Shown here: positions 50,180 to 61,205 of the stretch, one piece after another
Layout of the letters: each line of letters starts with the position of its first letter
Position numbering within the stretch: the first letter of the stretch is position 1
NCBI GenBank assembly: GCA_026023565.1
Contig: JAPETS010000020.1
Coordinates: 186,001 to 250,000 of the forward strand
Length of the DNA: 64,000 nt
Direction: 5' to 3'
Source: Cirrosporium novae-zelandiae
Taxonomy: Eukaryota
The notes under the pieces: model-generated
Database searches by the model: none
Seen by the model: only the letters and a program-made list of their open reading frames with translations
What the model was told of the DNA's origin: nothing
Program-made: the position numbers and the translations under genes

Positions 50180-51627
50180 ATGGTTGCTACACGCCTTGTC
50201 CCTCTAGGCCTTACCGTCGCCAGCTTGGCTGGTCAAGCCATTGCTCAGTCATCAAGCTTAAACTTCAGCTTCTTGACTATGAACGTTGCCGGTCTTCCCT
50301 CAATACTCAACAGCAATGATGAATCTAGCGACAAGACAAGTAATTCAGAATTGATCGGTACCTATTTTGCTACCTACAATTTTGATGCGATTCATGTCCA
50401 GGAGGTTTGCCACCATCTCCTTTCCAGTATTCGCATTTCTTTCTAACTAAACCAACAGGATTTCAATTACCATGCCTATATCTACAGTACCGATAATCAT
50501 GCGTACCGTACGTCAACTTCTGGGGGAGCAGGCATTGGAAGTGGCCTAAACAGTCTGGCGCACTACGACTGGCTCGATTTCACTCGAATAAAGTGGGATG
50601 ATTGCTCTAACGACTCTGAATATGATTGCTGGACGCCGAAAGGCTTCACATTCATGCGAATGCATTTGGATACTGGGGTCTACATTGACTTCTACAATCT
50701 GCATGCCGATGCGGGGTATGGTGTTTCCAGAACCCCTTTTTCAGCTTGAGAGAAACTTAAACTAACATGAATCACTACAGAACTGAAGACGGTGACGAAG
50801 AAGCAAGAACAGCAAACATTGAACAAGTAGTCGACTACATGGAAACGTACTCAGTCGGCAACGCTGTAATCGTAGCCGGCGACACCAACTCCCGCTACAC
50901 GCGCACCGCAGACAACATTCGCATCCTCTCCACCGAAGGCAACATGACAGACGTATGGGTTGAGCTCGAAAGAGACGGCACCGCGCCCGCCGCCGGCGCA
51001 GACGCAATAACCTGCGACAACCCCTCTACGGTCCTAACCTGCGAAACGGTGGACAAAGTCTTCTACAAAGGCAACGACATGATCTCCCTCTCCGCCTTCA
51101 ACTTCTCATACGAAGCCGGCATGTTCCTAACCACGGACGGCGACACCCTCACAGACCACAACCCCATCATGGTCAACTTCACCTACACCCTCTCGGACAG
51201 CATTCGCCAAAGCGACCAATTCGGTGGCCCCCACGGCACCTACTTCAACGACCTCCCCTCCTTACCCACCTCCCCAAAAACCTCCTCCATCACCGTCAGC
51301 GGCGGAAACCGCCTCGACTCCGTCTCTCTCACCCTCTCAGACTCCACAACCTTCACCCACGGCGGCTCAGGCGGAACCTCCTATTCCCTCACCCTAGGAG
51401 ACTCCGAGTACTGGACTGAAGCCAAACTCTGCGAAGGGAAATACAATTCCCATACTCGCAATTTCTATATCAAGGTTACTACGAGTGATGGGAATACGAT
51501 TAGTGCGGGGAAGACCACGAGTGATTGTGAGACTTTTACGGCACCGGATGGGTTCCAGATTGTGGGGTTCTATGGGAGGGATGGGGATGAGATGGATCGG
51601 ATTGGGTTTATTTATGCGCCGCAGTAA
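50180..51627 (+). CDS. Secreted endonuclease/exonuclease/phosphatase-family enzyme with C-terminal jacalin-like lectin domain
   Basis: Signal peptide MVATRLVPLGLTVASLAGQAIAQ; NVAGLP, VQE-DFNYH, YNLHADAG, VAGDTNSRY, VDKVFY, TDHNP; C-terminal FGGPHG.YF, HGGSGG, IVGFYGR.GDE.DRIGFIY. Introns 50405-50458 and 50716-50780. Confidence 0.9.
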
Positions 51628-51852
51628 AGGTGGTTGGTTGGTTGGTTGGTTGGTGGTGATGAAATAAAAAATTAAGGGGGAAAATTATGTTGGATATAAT
51701 GCAGGGACCACGTTACGCACATGCGCTTGGCTGATGTGGGGGGGGGGGGTTTAAATACTTGCGCCATTTTGTACATATGTTACTTTCGAAATATACCATT
51801 ATATGTATCCGTTATATATACATACATACATGGTATACTACACCAACCTCCC

Positions 51853-53591
51853 TTACCCCCAAAGATCCTTCCAAAACTCCCTAAATCCATACCTCGGCCT
51901 CCTCTCATCAAAAACCCTCACTTTTCCCTTTCCCTTCTCCCCACCACCACCAAACCTCTCCAACACTCCCCTACCACCATCCTTATTACCCTTCAGCCTC
52001 GTCGCACGCTTCCCAATTTCCTCAGCCAACAAGGGCGCAACATCAGCAAAACAAGCCTTTAATTCGCGATCGAGGGAGAAGTAGGGTTTTTTGGCCAAAG
52101 AGGGGGCCATGAGGTTGTAGGAGCGGGTTAGGGTGTTTAGGGAGGTTATGGCGAGGGTGTGGTAAGGTAGTTCGGTTGATTGCCAGAGGGGGTCGCGGAA
52201 GTGGGGAAGAGATGGGGATGGGGATGATGGTGGTGTCTTAGGTTTGGGGGTGGTGGTGTTGTTTGAGGTTGGTGGGGGGGTTGCGTTGGGAATGGAGGGG
52301 GAGGAGGTTTCTGAAACGGATTCTTTGAGGATGGTGGTGATGGTGGGGTCGGAGTCTTGGAAGGTTTCTGTTGGTGTTGTTTCTTCGAGTTTGATCCGTG
52401 AGATTCGACCTTCGTGGTCTATTTCGCTCAGGGCTTCTTCTACTTTTGGCGTTTTGGAATTATTCTGCTTTTCCGCGGCAGCATATGCTTTTGCCCTCTC
52501 GATTTGTGCTTGCAGTGGCCCACCCTGGCTCGCGATAACTCTGGCGGCATGTCTCTTCCAATCGCTGCGCAAACGTGACCGAAACACCATTGCGGCCTTG
52601 ACCAGCTCTTGCTGCTTTTCTATCCACGGCGGCACGATTTCTTGTTTTTGGATGATCTTGTTCATGAAGTATTCCGTCGTGTCCAGGAACGGGCTGCTGG
52701 CATTATAGTCTCGTTCGACGTGGATGCCTTTGCCGCGGGATATGTTTTTGAATTGGCCTCTTGCGATTGCGTCTTCGATTCTCTCGTTGGCGAGAGATGC
52801 TAGGCCTTGGATGCTTGTTGGCATTGGTCTTGCGCCCGGTGTGAATCGCTCCTTTAGCTGCTTGCGCATGGCCTCTTTTTCTTGCTCTGTCATGGTGTTG
52901 TCTTGGCTAAGGGAGTATATAGATGTTTTATCCCTGGCGTTTGCGAGGCGTTCGCCAGCGGACCTGGAAGGGGTTTTTGGGAGTCGCAAATCGACATTAT
53001 TTGGCATTCCTCTGGGCTTTGGTATGCGCGGAGAAACCTTCATGGGTTTGTAGGCGTCCGTAAGCATGCGAAGAGCAGCATCCTCGGTGCTCTCAGCTCC
53101 CGTCCATGGCTGAGAGGTTGCAATTTGCTGTGTACCTTTTCCAGCACTTGACTATCACAAACAGTAAAGTGATCAGTAATTGTCACTTGTGCCACCAATG
53201 CATAGCGGAGGATACTCACCGGCAAGTTTGCCTGAGCAAAAGCAGAAGCATTCTCGTTCCGAAAATCGGTTCCTGCAATCCTATCCTCCAATTGTCTCTT
53301 CAGCTCCTCCGAGAATCCCGCTTCATTCACTGCCTTTCTAGCAGACCGACCACCTTCTTCCAACGATTGTTCAGTCATGTCTGACAGCCGGCGCGACATG
53401 GCACCTTCCTCTCCTTTCGTCTCTTGGTCAGATTGTTTCTTGCCATGAGATCTATTTGAAGCCGGGTTCTCCGCACGGAGATGTGATAAGGATGCGAAAC
53501 CTCGAACCGATGAAGCCGGAGATCTTGAAGCATGGCAGAGGCTTGATATTCGAGTATAAAGCTTGGGTCTTGAAAAACTCGTACCAGGCAT
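51853..53591 (-). CDS. DUF1992 (DNAJC28-like conserved domain) protein, probably mitochondrial
   Basis: Exons 53591-53220 and 53151-51853; PWTG.ES..DA.LRML.D, LANERIEDAIARGQFKN, DTTEYFMNKIIQKQEIVPPWIE, YNLMAP. Arg/Ser-rich presequence-like N-terminus. Confidence 0.88.
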
Positions 53592-54386
53592 CCAGGCCAC
53601 GGGACAAAATGCAACTTCTTCGATAAATGGTCTCGTTAAGAATGGAGAGTGTTTGTAAAATGTTTTCTTCTGATAACCCCCAGTCTATGGCGATAAGCTG
53701 AAAACTAGCACGTGACATTAGCTAAAGTATCTCCTTTTATAAATATCAAGTAAAACTTTCCATCTGCTTGCTTGGCTTTTAAAGACTAATGCCACATCCG
53801 AGTATCATCATCTACTTTGTAAAGTTGAAAATGATGGAACAAATTTGTATTGCTTCTGACTTTTGTGCATCACATCTAAAGTGTGTCTATTGGGATCACT
53901 ATAAGCCCTTGCAAATAAAATCATTCTGCTTTGCAAGGTTAGAAATTTTGATTGTTTTGATATTGTATATGGCATATTTAAAACGGTATTCAACATTGGT
54001 CCCCCTTGGCAGTCGTTGGACACAATATATATACAACAGAATCATAGCTGACAATGAAATCAAATTCAAGTTGTGCCTCCTCAGTGACATTGAATGGTTT
54101 CCATAGATCGAAAATGCTGCTAGAAACAAGTCACTCAAGATGTCCACGGCCATGAGGGGTGTTAATATGACCATGACCTCCCCTTCAGAAGGTTCTCTGG
54201 ATAGAAATTGGCCCATCCCTATTTGTCTCAGGATCTTCCGATAGAGTAGTAAGACGAATGTTGATAATACTAGTTATTCTCCCAATTGTTAGATTGGTTT
54301 CCTAACTAAGAGCCATACTGTCCGCATAGTACATTATGTCAGGTATCGTAAGAGTCAGTCCATAATTCATATTATCGGGATTTCCT

Positions 54387-55601
54387 TCACATTACTTGAG
54401 TGTCAGGAGGTAGATCCGTCATAGGCATCGTATCACCTATGGTATCTCCACGGAAATTATTCGTAGTCACTGCTTCAGGCCCAACAAATTGTACTACCCA
54501 CTCTCTAACTTTCTGCGCCTTTCTCAACAAGATGGCATCGACCCCACTATCAATCACCTTTCTACTGTCGAGATCCCGGGCTTTGAATAGCCCTCGGCGT
54601 TTCATACCATCGACATGTTGGCAATATAATAGATCCAATTTTGTTGTTTCCTTTCTAAGGCTCTGTCCATATACCTTTCCTCTGAAAGAAGAGAGAGCAA
54701 TTGTCCTAATGAGAATGATATCGCGTGGTCGAAGAGAGTCTAGCGTTTCTTTCAAAGTTCCACCCTCCGTATTCTTTTTATTTCTTGGGGATTTCAACGC
54801 GTCGCCCGATATATGTTGTTGCAGGTTCTCAACCCAGAAGTTTACGCCGAAGCCAGATCGTGTTTCGTCAGCCACAAGTAGTTCATATAGATCCATTCTA
54901 TTCGGGTGGCGTGTGTTGCGGTGGGTCTCTATCGTCCGCACCGAAGGACTTGATATAACAGCGCAGACGATATTGATAGTTATGGTTTGTGGTTGAAGAT
55001 GCATTAACTCCTTAACCGTGGGAACGCAGGCAAGAGAGGTCAATGGGATACCAGAAGGTAATTGTAGAGTAACATAGCTGGAGGTTGTAGTGTTTGTGAG
55101 AAAAGATATATCTGTAGTATCGTAGAATGACGTATTCTCAAGCGATGAAGCCTGAGAAGGGAGTTGAGAAGAGGGTATCTCTTCGTGTATAGCAATTGAA
55201 TGCTCATAAAATTGAGAAAGTATATCGGATTCCGTAGAACTGAAAGAGTCTTCGTGTGCCCCATCTTCATCGGTAGGGGAAACAAAGGATAGACCAACGA
55301 AGGCGAAGGATGGGGCCTCGGCGTCTTTATATATTCCGCTTTTCGACTTCAATGTTTGACCTGCACGACGGATATCCGCATTCTGTGATATGCCAGTTGG
55401 TAAATGTTGAGGCTTGTATGGCAAACTCCGCCATGCTGCTATCCGGCTAGATTCAACATCGAATTGACCTTTCTCCAATCTATAAAGTGAAAATCCCTCT
55501 GTTTTGAAACATGGTAGCAATTCATTTGAAAGACATTTGTCTTCCCAATTCAACGAAGAGGTTTCTGGAGCTCCAGAGAAGAAGATAAGTTTCCCAACCA
55601 T
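54387..55601 (-). CDS. Fungal nucleic-acid-binding OB-fold protein
   Basis: 404-aa single-exon ORF; PQTITINIVCAVIS, ELLVADETRSGFGVNFW and LRPRDIILIRTIALSSFRGKVYGQS form an OB-fold-like strand pattern; ends LPPDTQ. Confidence 0.8.
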   Translation of the reverse strand: MVGKLIFFSGAPETSSLNWEDKCLSNELLPCFKTEGFSLYRLEKGQFDVESSRIAAWRSLPYKPQHLPTGISQNADIRRAGQTLKSKSGIYKDAEAPSFAFVGLSFVSPTDEDGAHEDSFSSTESDILSQFYEHSIAIHEEIPSSQLPSQASSLENTSFYDTTDISFLTNTTTSSYVTLQLPSGIPLTSLACVPTVKELMHLQPQTITINIVCAVISSPSVRTIETHRNTRHPNRMDLYELLVADETRSGFGVNFWVENLQQHISGDALKSPRNKKNTEGGTLKETLDSLRPRDIILIRTIALSSFRGKVYGQSLRKETTKLDLLYCQHVDGMKRRGLFKARDLDSRKVIDSGVDAILLRKAQKVREWVVQFVGPEAVTTNNFRGDTIGDTMPMTDLPPDTQVM

Positions 55602-56333
55602 AATGATATTTAATCAATAATTCATTATACACAAGCGAAGGACCAACTGGCTATAGGTGTTATTACTAGCCTAAAGGCTGCATTTTGGTGATAATAAAAA
55701 TAACATGATGTTGTAGTTTTGAGAAATGTAAATTACAACGCGTACCTTTGGCTATAAGCCAACCGTAGTGTTGTTACTACGCTGAAAATTATCAACAATA
55801 GAAGAGACTTTGCTTCTCCTTGTCTCCTTGTCTGCATACGATGTGTTTATTAGACAGTTTGATCCCATTTCTGCTGAGAAGTAGAAAACGTCTATCTAAC
55901 AAATCTTGACGACTTTCAAAGACGCTCTACCAGCCATCCGCAGTGTTTCATTTTGTGCTTCTACACTTCAGCTCCTGACTTATTCACCCTTCTCATAACC
56001 TAGGATAGCGGTCCAAACAACTACATCCGATACATGGAGGCTAGAATAAGCCGCCTCAGTGATAAGGTAGTTACAACACAGTTCTGCTGTGTCAACTGAC
56101 TTCACCCAATATTCAATGACAGCCGAAAGTGACGTGAACTTCAAAGACCTTAGAAGTTAGGAAGGACTATCAAGAAAGCTGTTTTAAGAGCTAACTATTG
56201 GGGAGGTCAAATTCACTGTCCTGTGGCATCTCTTACCAACTACTTTCCATAAACACCGATTATCCACCTTCTCTAATCTAACACTTGCTTGTCGTCAGGC
56301 TATCTTTCACCTCTACGTTATCTACCTTTCGCC

Positions 56334-57681
56334 ATGGCCAAACGTAATGGACAGAATGTATTTGACACAGAGTCAAGAAACAAAAAGCCACGACCTTCCC
56401 CAGGGAAATACACTGCTCCGTCAGGCTACTGTCATCTCGACAATCTTCCGGTTGAGCTCCAACTCAACATAATGAAGCAGCTTGATTCTGTTGATACATT
56501 GCAAAGACTAACCAAAGCTTCAACTCGGATATCCCACGTCTTCGAACAATATTTCTTGGAAATTGTGCGGATAGTCCTTGAATCGTCCATTACAGAAGAA
56601 CTTCAGCACCTGGTATTTGCGATTATTTCCGCACGCAATATGCATCCTGGAGCAATTCATGAAGATAAGTGGTTAGAGTCGTTTCTTGATCACCATCTAA
56701 ATCCTGGTAAGTGTTAAAAGACCTCCCTAGGACTCTCTTCCGTGCAACCTAACCTTCTCAGAATCCCGAGGAGGTCTCAGTCTTCCAGAGGTAGTCGAAC
56801 CTGTCGATGTGTTGAAAGAGATTGTGAACCTTTTGAGTGACGTTGCCTACTTTGTCACAAGATTCTTCGAAACCACTCTTAGCATACTTGAACCATTCAA
56901 CGAAGACTATTTTGGACCGGATCAACAAGATCCCCCAATTTCATCCACCGAGCTCCACCGTATGATGCGCTCATTTCTAACATTTGAACTCTATTCCGAT
57001 CTTTTTCGCCGATCAAATTTTCCCGAAGGTAGCCAGGGTTACGACAACGGTATAAAGCAACAACAGAAATTCCTGAAACGCCTCTGTCCTTGGGAGGTGG
57101 AAGGGCTGAAAAATATCTTCGACCAGCTCGTGTTATTTCTATATGACCCTATCGTTAGGGGTGATTACGAATATTTTAGTATTAACCCCGACTTCTCTCA
57201 AGGCTTAGGGCACCTCCGAAGGCTGTTTCTTGGATTGGACAGAGTTCAACTGGGTCCCTTTATACCCGATGGCTCCATCTTCTACCAGGCTTCCAAAAAA
57301 CACCTTTTCGACATTATACTAAACTACGATATAGACAGCGATCTATATAGACTCCGGCTAAGAAAAACCTGGCCCTCCAGCCCCAGAAATACACACCAAT
57401 GCACAGACGCTTACAGAATAAACGTCGAGCTCGGATGGTTTCTGGAAACCTTATCGGACTGCACCGATGATCCAGAAGAGAAAGCCGCCCTGTTCGCCTT
57501 TTACTTTTTTGATAGGAAAAGGATCCAATCCTGGTATTGGCTTATACGAGCTAAGTGTTTGAGTCAGGAAGATGCGCGTGAGATGATCTTGAAGGAGTCG
57601 GATTCTTATGACGGGCTAGAGGTCGATGACATGGGGAGTCAGAGGTGGAGGATGTGGATTTTGTACTGTATAGATAACTGA
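56334..57681 (+). CDS. F-box-like domain protein
   Basis: LDNLPVELQLNIMKQL..L..L..AS F-box-like motif; later STELHRMMRSF..FELY..LF and PWEVE blocks; intron 56707-56761 (GTAAGT..CTAAC..CAG). Confidence 0.8.
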
Positions 57682-58162
57682 CTGATACCCCCTCTCACCC
57701 CCTTTATGTAGTAAGATCGAATCCAAATTGTCAAGCATGCTGCCATATGACTATTATCATGCCCTCTCCCTCTCTTATTTCCCCATCCCGTAGCTTTATC
57801 TCCTAGCCAATACGTACTAGGCAATACGTTAGTTATTAAGAAAGAATATATGAGCATGAACATGAGCATATATCTATATGATATAATTCCACATATCATA
57901 CAAGTAAGTGTTGTTGTTGTTGTTGTTGTTGTTGTGATAAAACGCATCCCATTCCATTCTGTTGTTATACATACATACATAAGTTATTTCAGGAACGTTG
58001 GGGACTCAGGGGGGGGGGCATCATAGCAAGTGGGATCAATCATTTGAAAATACAACCAACGAACAAACCTCCTATGAATATGAATATATGAAGAGGGTAG
58101 GGGAAAAAACTACTTTGATATAAATAAATAGCTACCGATGCTGTAACTCAATTCTGATGAAA

Positions 58163-59374
58163 TCATTGTTGGTGCATGCGGGCAAGTATGGCCTTCCCAG
58201 CCCTAGCCTGATTTTCCTTTCCCAATTCCCTGGTTATCCAGTCACCCACCTCCGCCATCTTTTCCAGATTGACGCCGGTTTTGATGCCTAGGCTGTGGAA
58301 GAAATATACGAGGTCTTCTGTGGCGATGTTTCCGGTGGCGCCTTTGGAGTAAGGGCACCCCCCTAGTCCTCCGACGCTGCTGTCGAAGATGCGGACTCCG
58401 TGTTCCAGTCCTACGGCCGCATTTACGAGTGCCTGGCCGTATGTGTCGTGGAAATGTAAGGCAATGTCCTCGGGTAATATTCCTGCTGCTGTAAGGGTCT
58501 TTAGCAGCTCTCTTGTCTTTTTGGCGGTTCCCATTCCGGTGGTATCGCCTAATGAGACTTCGTCGGCTCCTAGCTCTAATAATGTGGCGGTGATGTCGGC
58601 CACGACGCTGGGTGAGACGTCTGGGCCTTCGTAGGGACACCCGAAGGCGACAGATACATATCCTCGAACTCTAATACCTTTGGATTGTGCAAGCGCTATT
58701 ATCGGTTTGCAACGTTCAATTGACTCTGCAATGGTGCAGTTGGTGTTGGCCTTTGAGAAGGCATCAGTAGCAGCAGCAAAGAGGGATATTTCCATTGGAT
58801 TAAAGGGGTCGGTCTCTGATTCACTAGTTGTGGTTGATGTATCTGATGTCTGCGATTCAGCACTCGAGGTCGAGGAGCGTCTGCTTGGGGTTTCTGGCGT
58901 GGCTGCATTTTGAATAGCAATCATATTATCCAGACCCTTTACATTTGGAACGAGAAAGTTATACGCGATAGAATGGGGAGCTAGGGGCGGCTTCGAAATG
59001 AGATGCTTCATGATATCGGATGTCCCTGCCATCTATCGTCATCAAAATCAGCTCCCAATCACTCGAATAGCAGATGAAGGTAGCTCTGGCGCAGAGAGTA
59101 TTTAAGGCTGGCCGACCTGAGGAACCCACTTGGATGGCACAAAACTCCCAGCTTCCATTGTCTGGAGGCCTGTCAATGCCAGGCGATCTATCAATTCAAG
59201 CTTAGTCCGTAGAGGAATTGTAGCTTTCTCATTCTGTAATCCATCTCTGGGGCCGACCTCAACGATGCGGACCTCCTCTGCAGAACTGCATCTTGTTACA
59301 GAGAAGCTTCGCCGAACCGATGGGATTTTTCTTCGGAATGAAAAGGGTATACGGAGAGGAGATTTCGCGGGCAT
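58163..59374 (-). CDS. Hydroxymethylglutaryl-CoA lyase (mitochondrial)
   Basis: VRIVEVGPRDGLQNE, EAGSFV..KWVPQ-MA, RGYVSVAFGCPYEG, EVSLGDT.G, LHFHDTYGQAL, GLGGCPY..GATGNIATED; intron 59033-59116. Confidence 0.96.
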
Positions 59375-59683
59375 TGTTACATTGGTTTGCAGATTGCTTT
59401 GAGATTGATGGAATTGTAGAGTGGATGCTAAAGTAGAAGGTAGAGGGAGGAATAGTCGGGTCTCCGGGGTTAATTGCGGGGATAAAGCAGCGAACCCTAA
59501 TAGCTATTTACCCGAGTGGTTTCCCCCCTCCACATGATATCAAATCTAATTTCAAGCTTCAGCTTTCCAACCTCCAACCTTCAATACCAAGAACCGAATA
59601 ACCATGTTATTCCGGATATATATTTGAAACAATCGATATTCATCCGCTCAAACTCTGTTTTCTACAGACGTTTAATTGTCAAC

Positions 59684-61077
59684 ATGGAAGAAGACCGCGA
59701 AGAAACAAATCTCGGCAAGGCAGCTGACCTCGAAATTAAAGCAGAGGAAACACCTGCTCCTAGACATCCAAAGAGAAGATTTGTTGGAAGAAGAACAGCT
59801 GAAGCAAATGCATCGAATCAGCCGTCTACAGTGAATGCCTCCGACTCCACAGACATCCAAGGTATGTGGAAAATTTGATATTCAAATTCACATGGAACAA
59901 CATTAAAATTTGCATAGCTGCACCTCAACGACGGATACCAAGAAGACACAATCAAGTACCTCCTGAAATCCTTGATGACCCAGACATAAATGATGCTATT
60001 GCTCTCCTGCCGTCAAATTATTCCTTCGAAATCCACAAAACCATACATAGAATACGTTCCTCCGGTTCCAAGAAGGTAGCCCTCCAATTCCCAGAGGGTC
60101 TGTTGCTTTTCGCAACGACAATATCAGATATATTGTCCCGCTTTTGCCCTGGTACAGATACACTGATTATGGGCGACGTTACTTACGGCGCCTGCTGTAT
60201 TGATGACTACACCGCCCGAGCGCTCGGCTGCGATCTACTCGTGCACTACGCCCATAGTTGTCTCATCCCGATGAATGTCACCAAAATCAAAACACTATAT
60301 GTCTTTGTGGATATAAGCATTGACACATCCCACCTCCTTAAAACCTTGGAACGAAATTTTGAGTCTGGTAAGACGATTGCGATGGTCGGGACAATTCAGT
60401 TCAACGCTACACTACATGGTCTCAAATCCACCCTTGAGAAAGCGGGGTTCAAAATTATGATCCCTCAAATCGCCCCTCTGTCCAAAGGTGAAATTCTAGG
60501 TTGCACATCTCCACAGTTATCTACCGACAATGTGGATATCCTCCTTTATCTAGGCGACGGCCGCTTTCACCTTGAATCTGCTATGATACAGAATCCTAAG
60601 CTCCCAGCATATCGTTACGACCCTTACTCGCGCAAACTGACACGAGAAACATACGACCACAACGAGATGCAGAAAATACGGCAGGATGCTATTACGCAGG
60701 CAAAATCAGCGAAGAAATGGGGTCTTATTCTTGGATCACTAGGCAGACAGGGAAACCCAAACACGATGACCATGATCGAAGATCATTTGAAAGCACAGGG
60801 AATTCCATTCGTGAATCTCATGCTCTCCGAAATCTTTCCTGGAAAGCTGGCCATGATGAGCGACGTGGAGTGCTGGGTACAGGTCGCATGCCCGCGACTT
60901 AGCATTGATTGGGGTTATGCGTTTCCACGACCTCTGCTAACACCATACGAGGCTCTAATCGTGTTAGGAGAAAGAAAGGGCTGGGCTGAAGGAAATGGTG
61001 GTGTCTACCCAATGGACTTCTATTCGAAAGAAGGCCTGGGGAGGACTAGACCAAAAGAGACCGCCGCAACGGCTTGA
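59684..61077 (+). CDS. DPH1: Diphthamide biosynthesis protein 1 (2-(3-amino-3-carboxypropyl)histidine synthase subunit)
   Basis: PKRRFVG; intron 59862-59917; [74 protein letters not shown]. Confidence 0.97.
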
Positions 61078-61205
61078 ACATTCATTTCGCTACCTAAGAT
61101 CATCATCTGCCGTCGACCAAAAGACCCGAGTCTTTATCGTACAAAAACACCGCTGCCTAGGATCCCCCAAACCGCCTTTATCTATATTTACAAGGTCCCA
61201 TATCA

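Noticed and set aside
53789..54216. Short overlapping ORFs of ~105 aa between DUF1992 and the OB-fold gene
   Set aside because: AT-rich, no motifs; likely 3'UTR or promoter sequence.
2108..61077. Several Fe-S-related genes (ISA1, MGE1, ATE1, DPH1) in one window
   Set aside because: Spread over ~60 kb among unrelated housekeeping genes; no evidence of a cluster.
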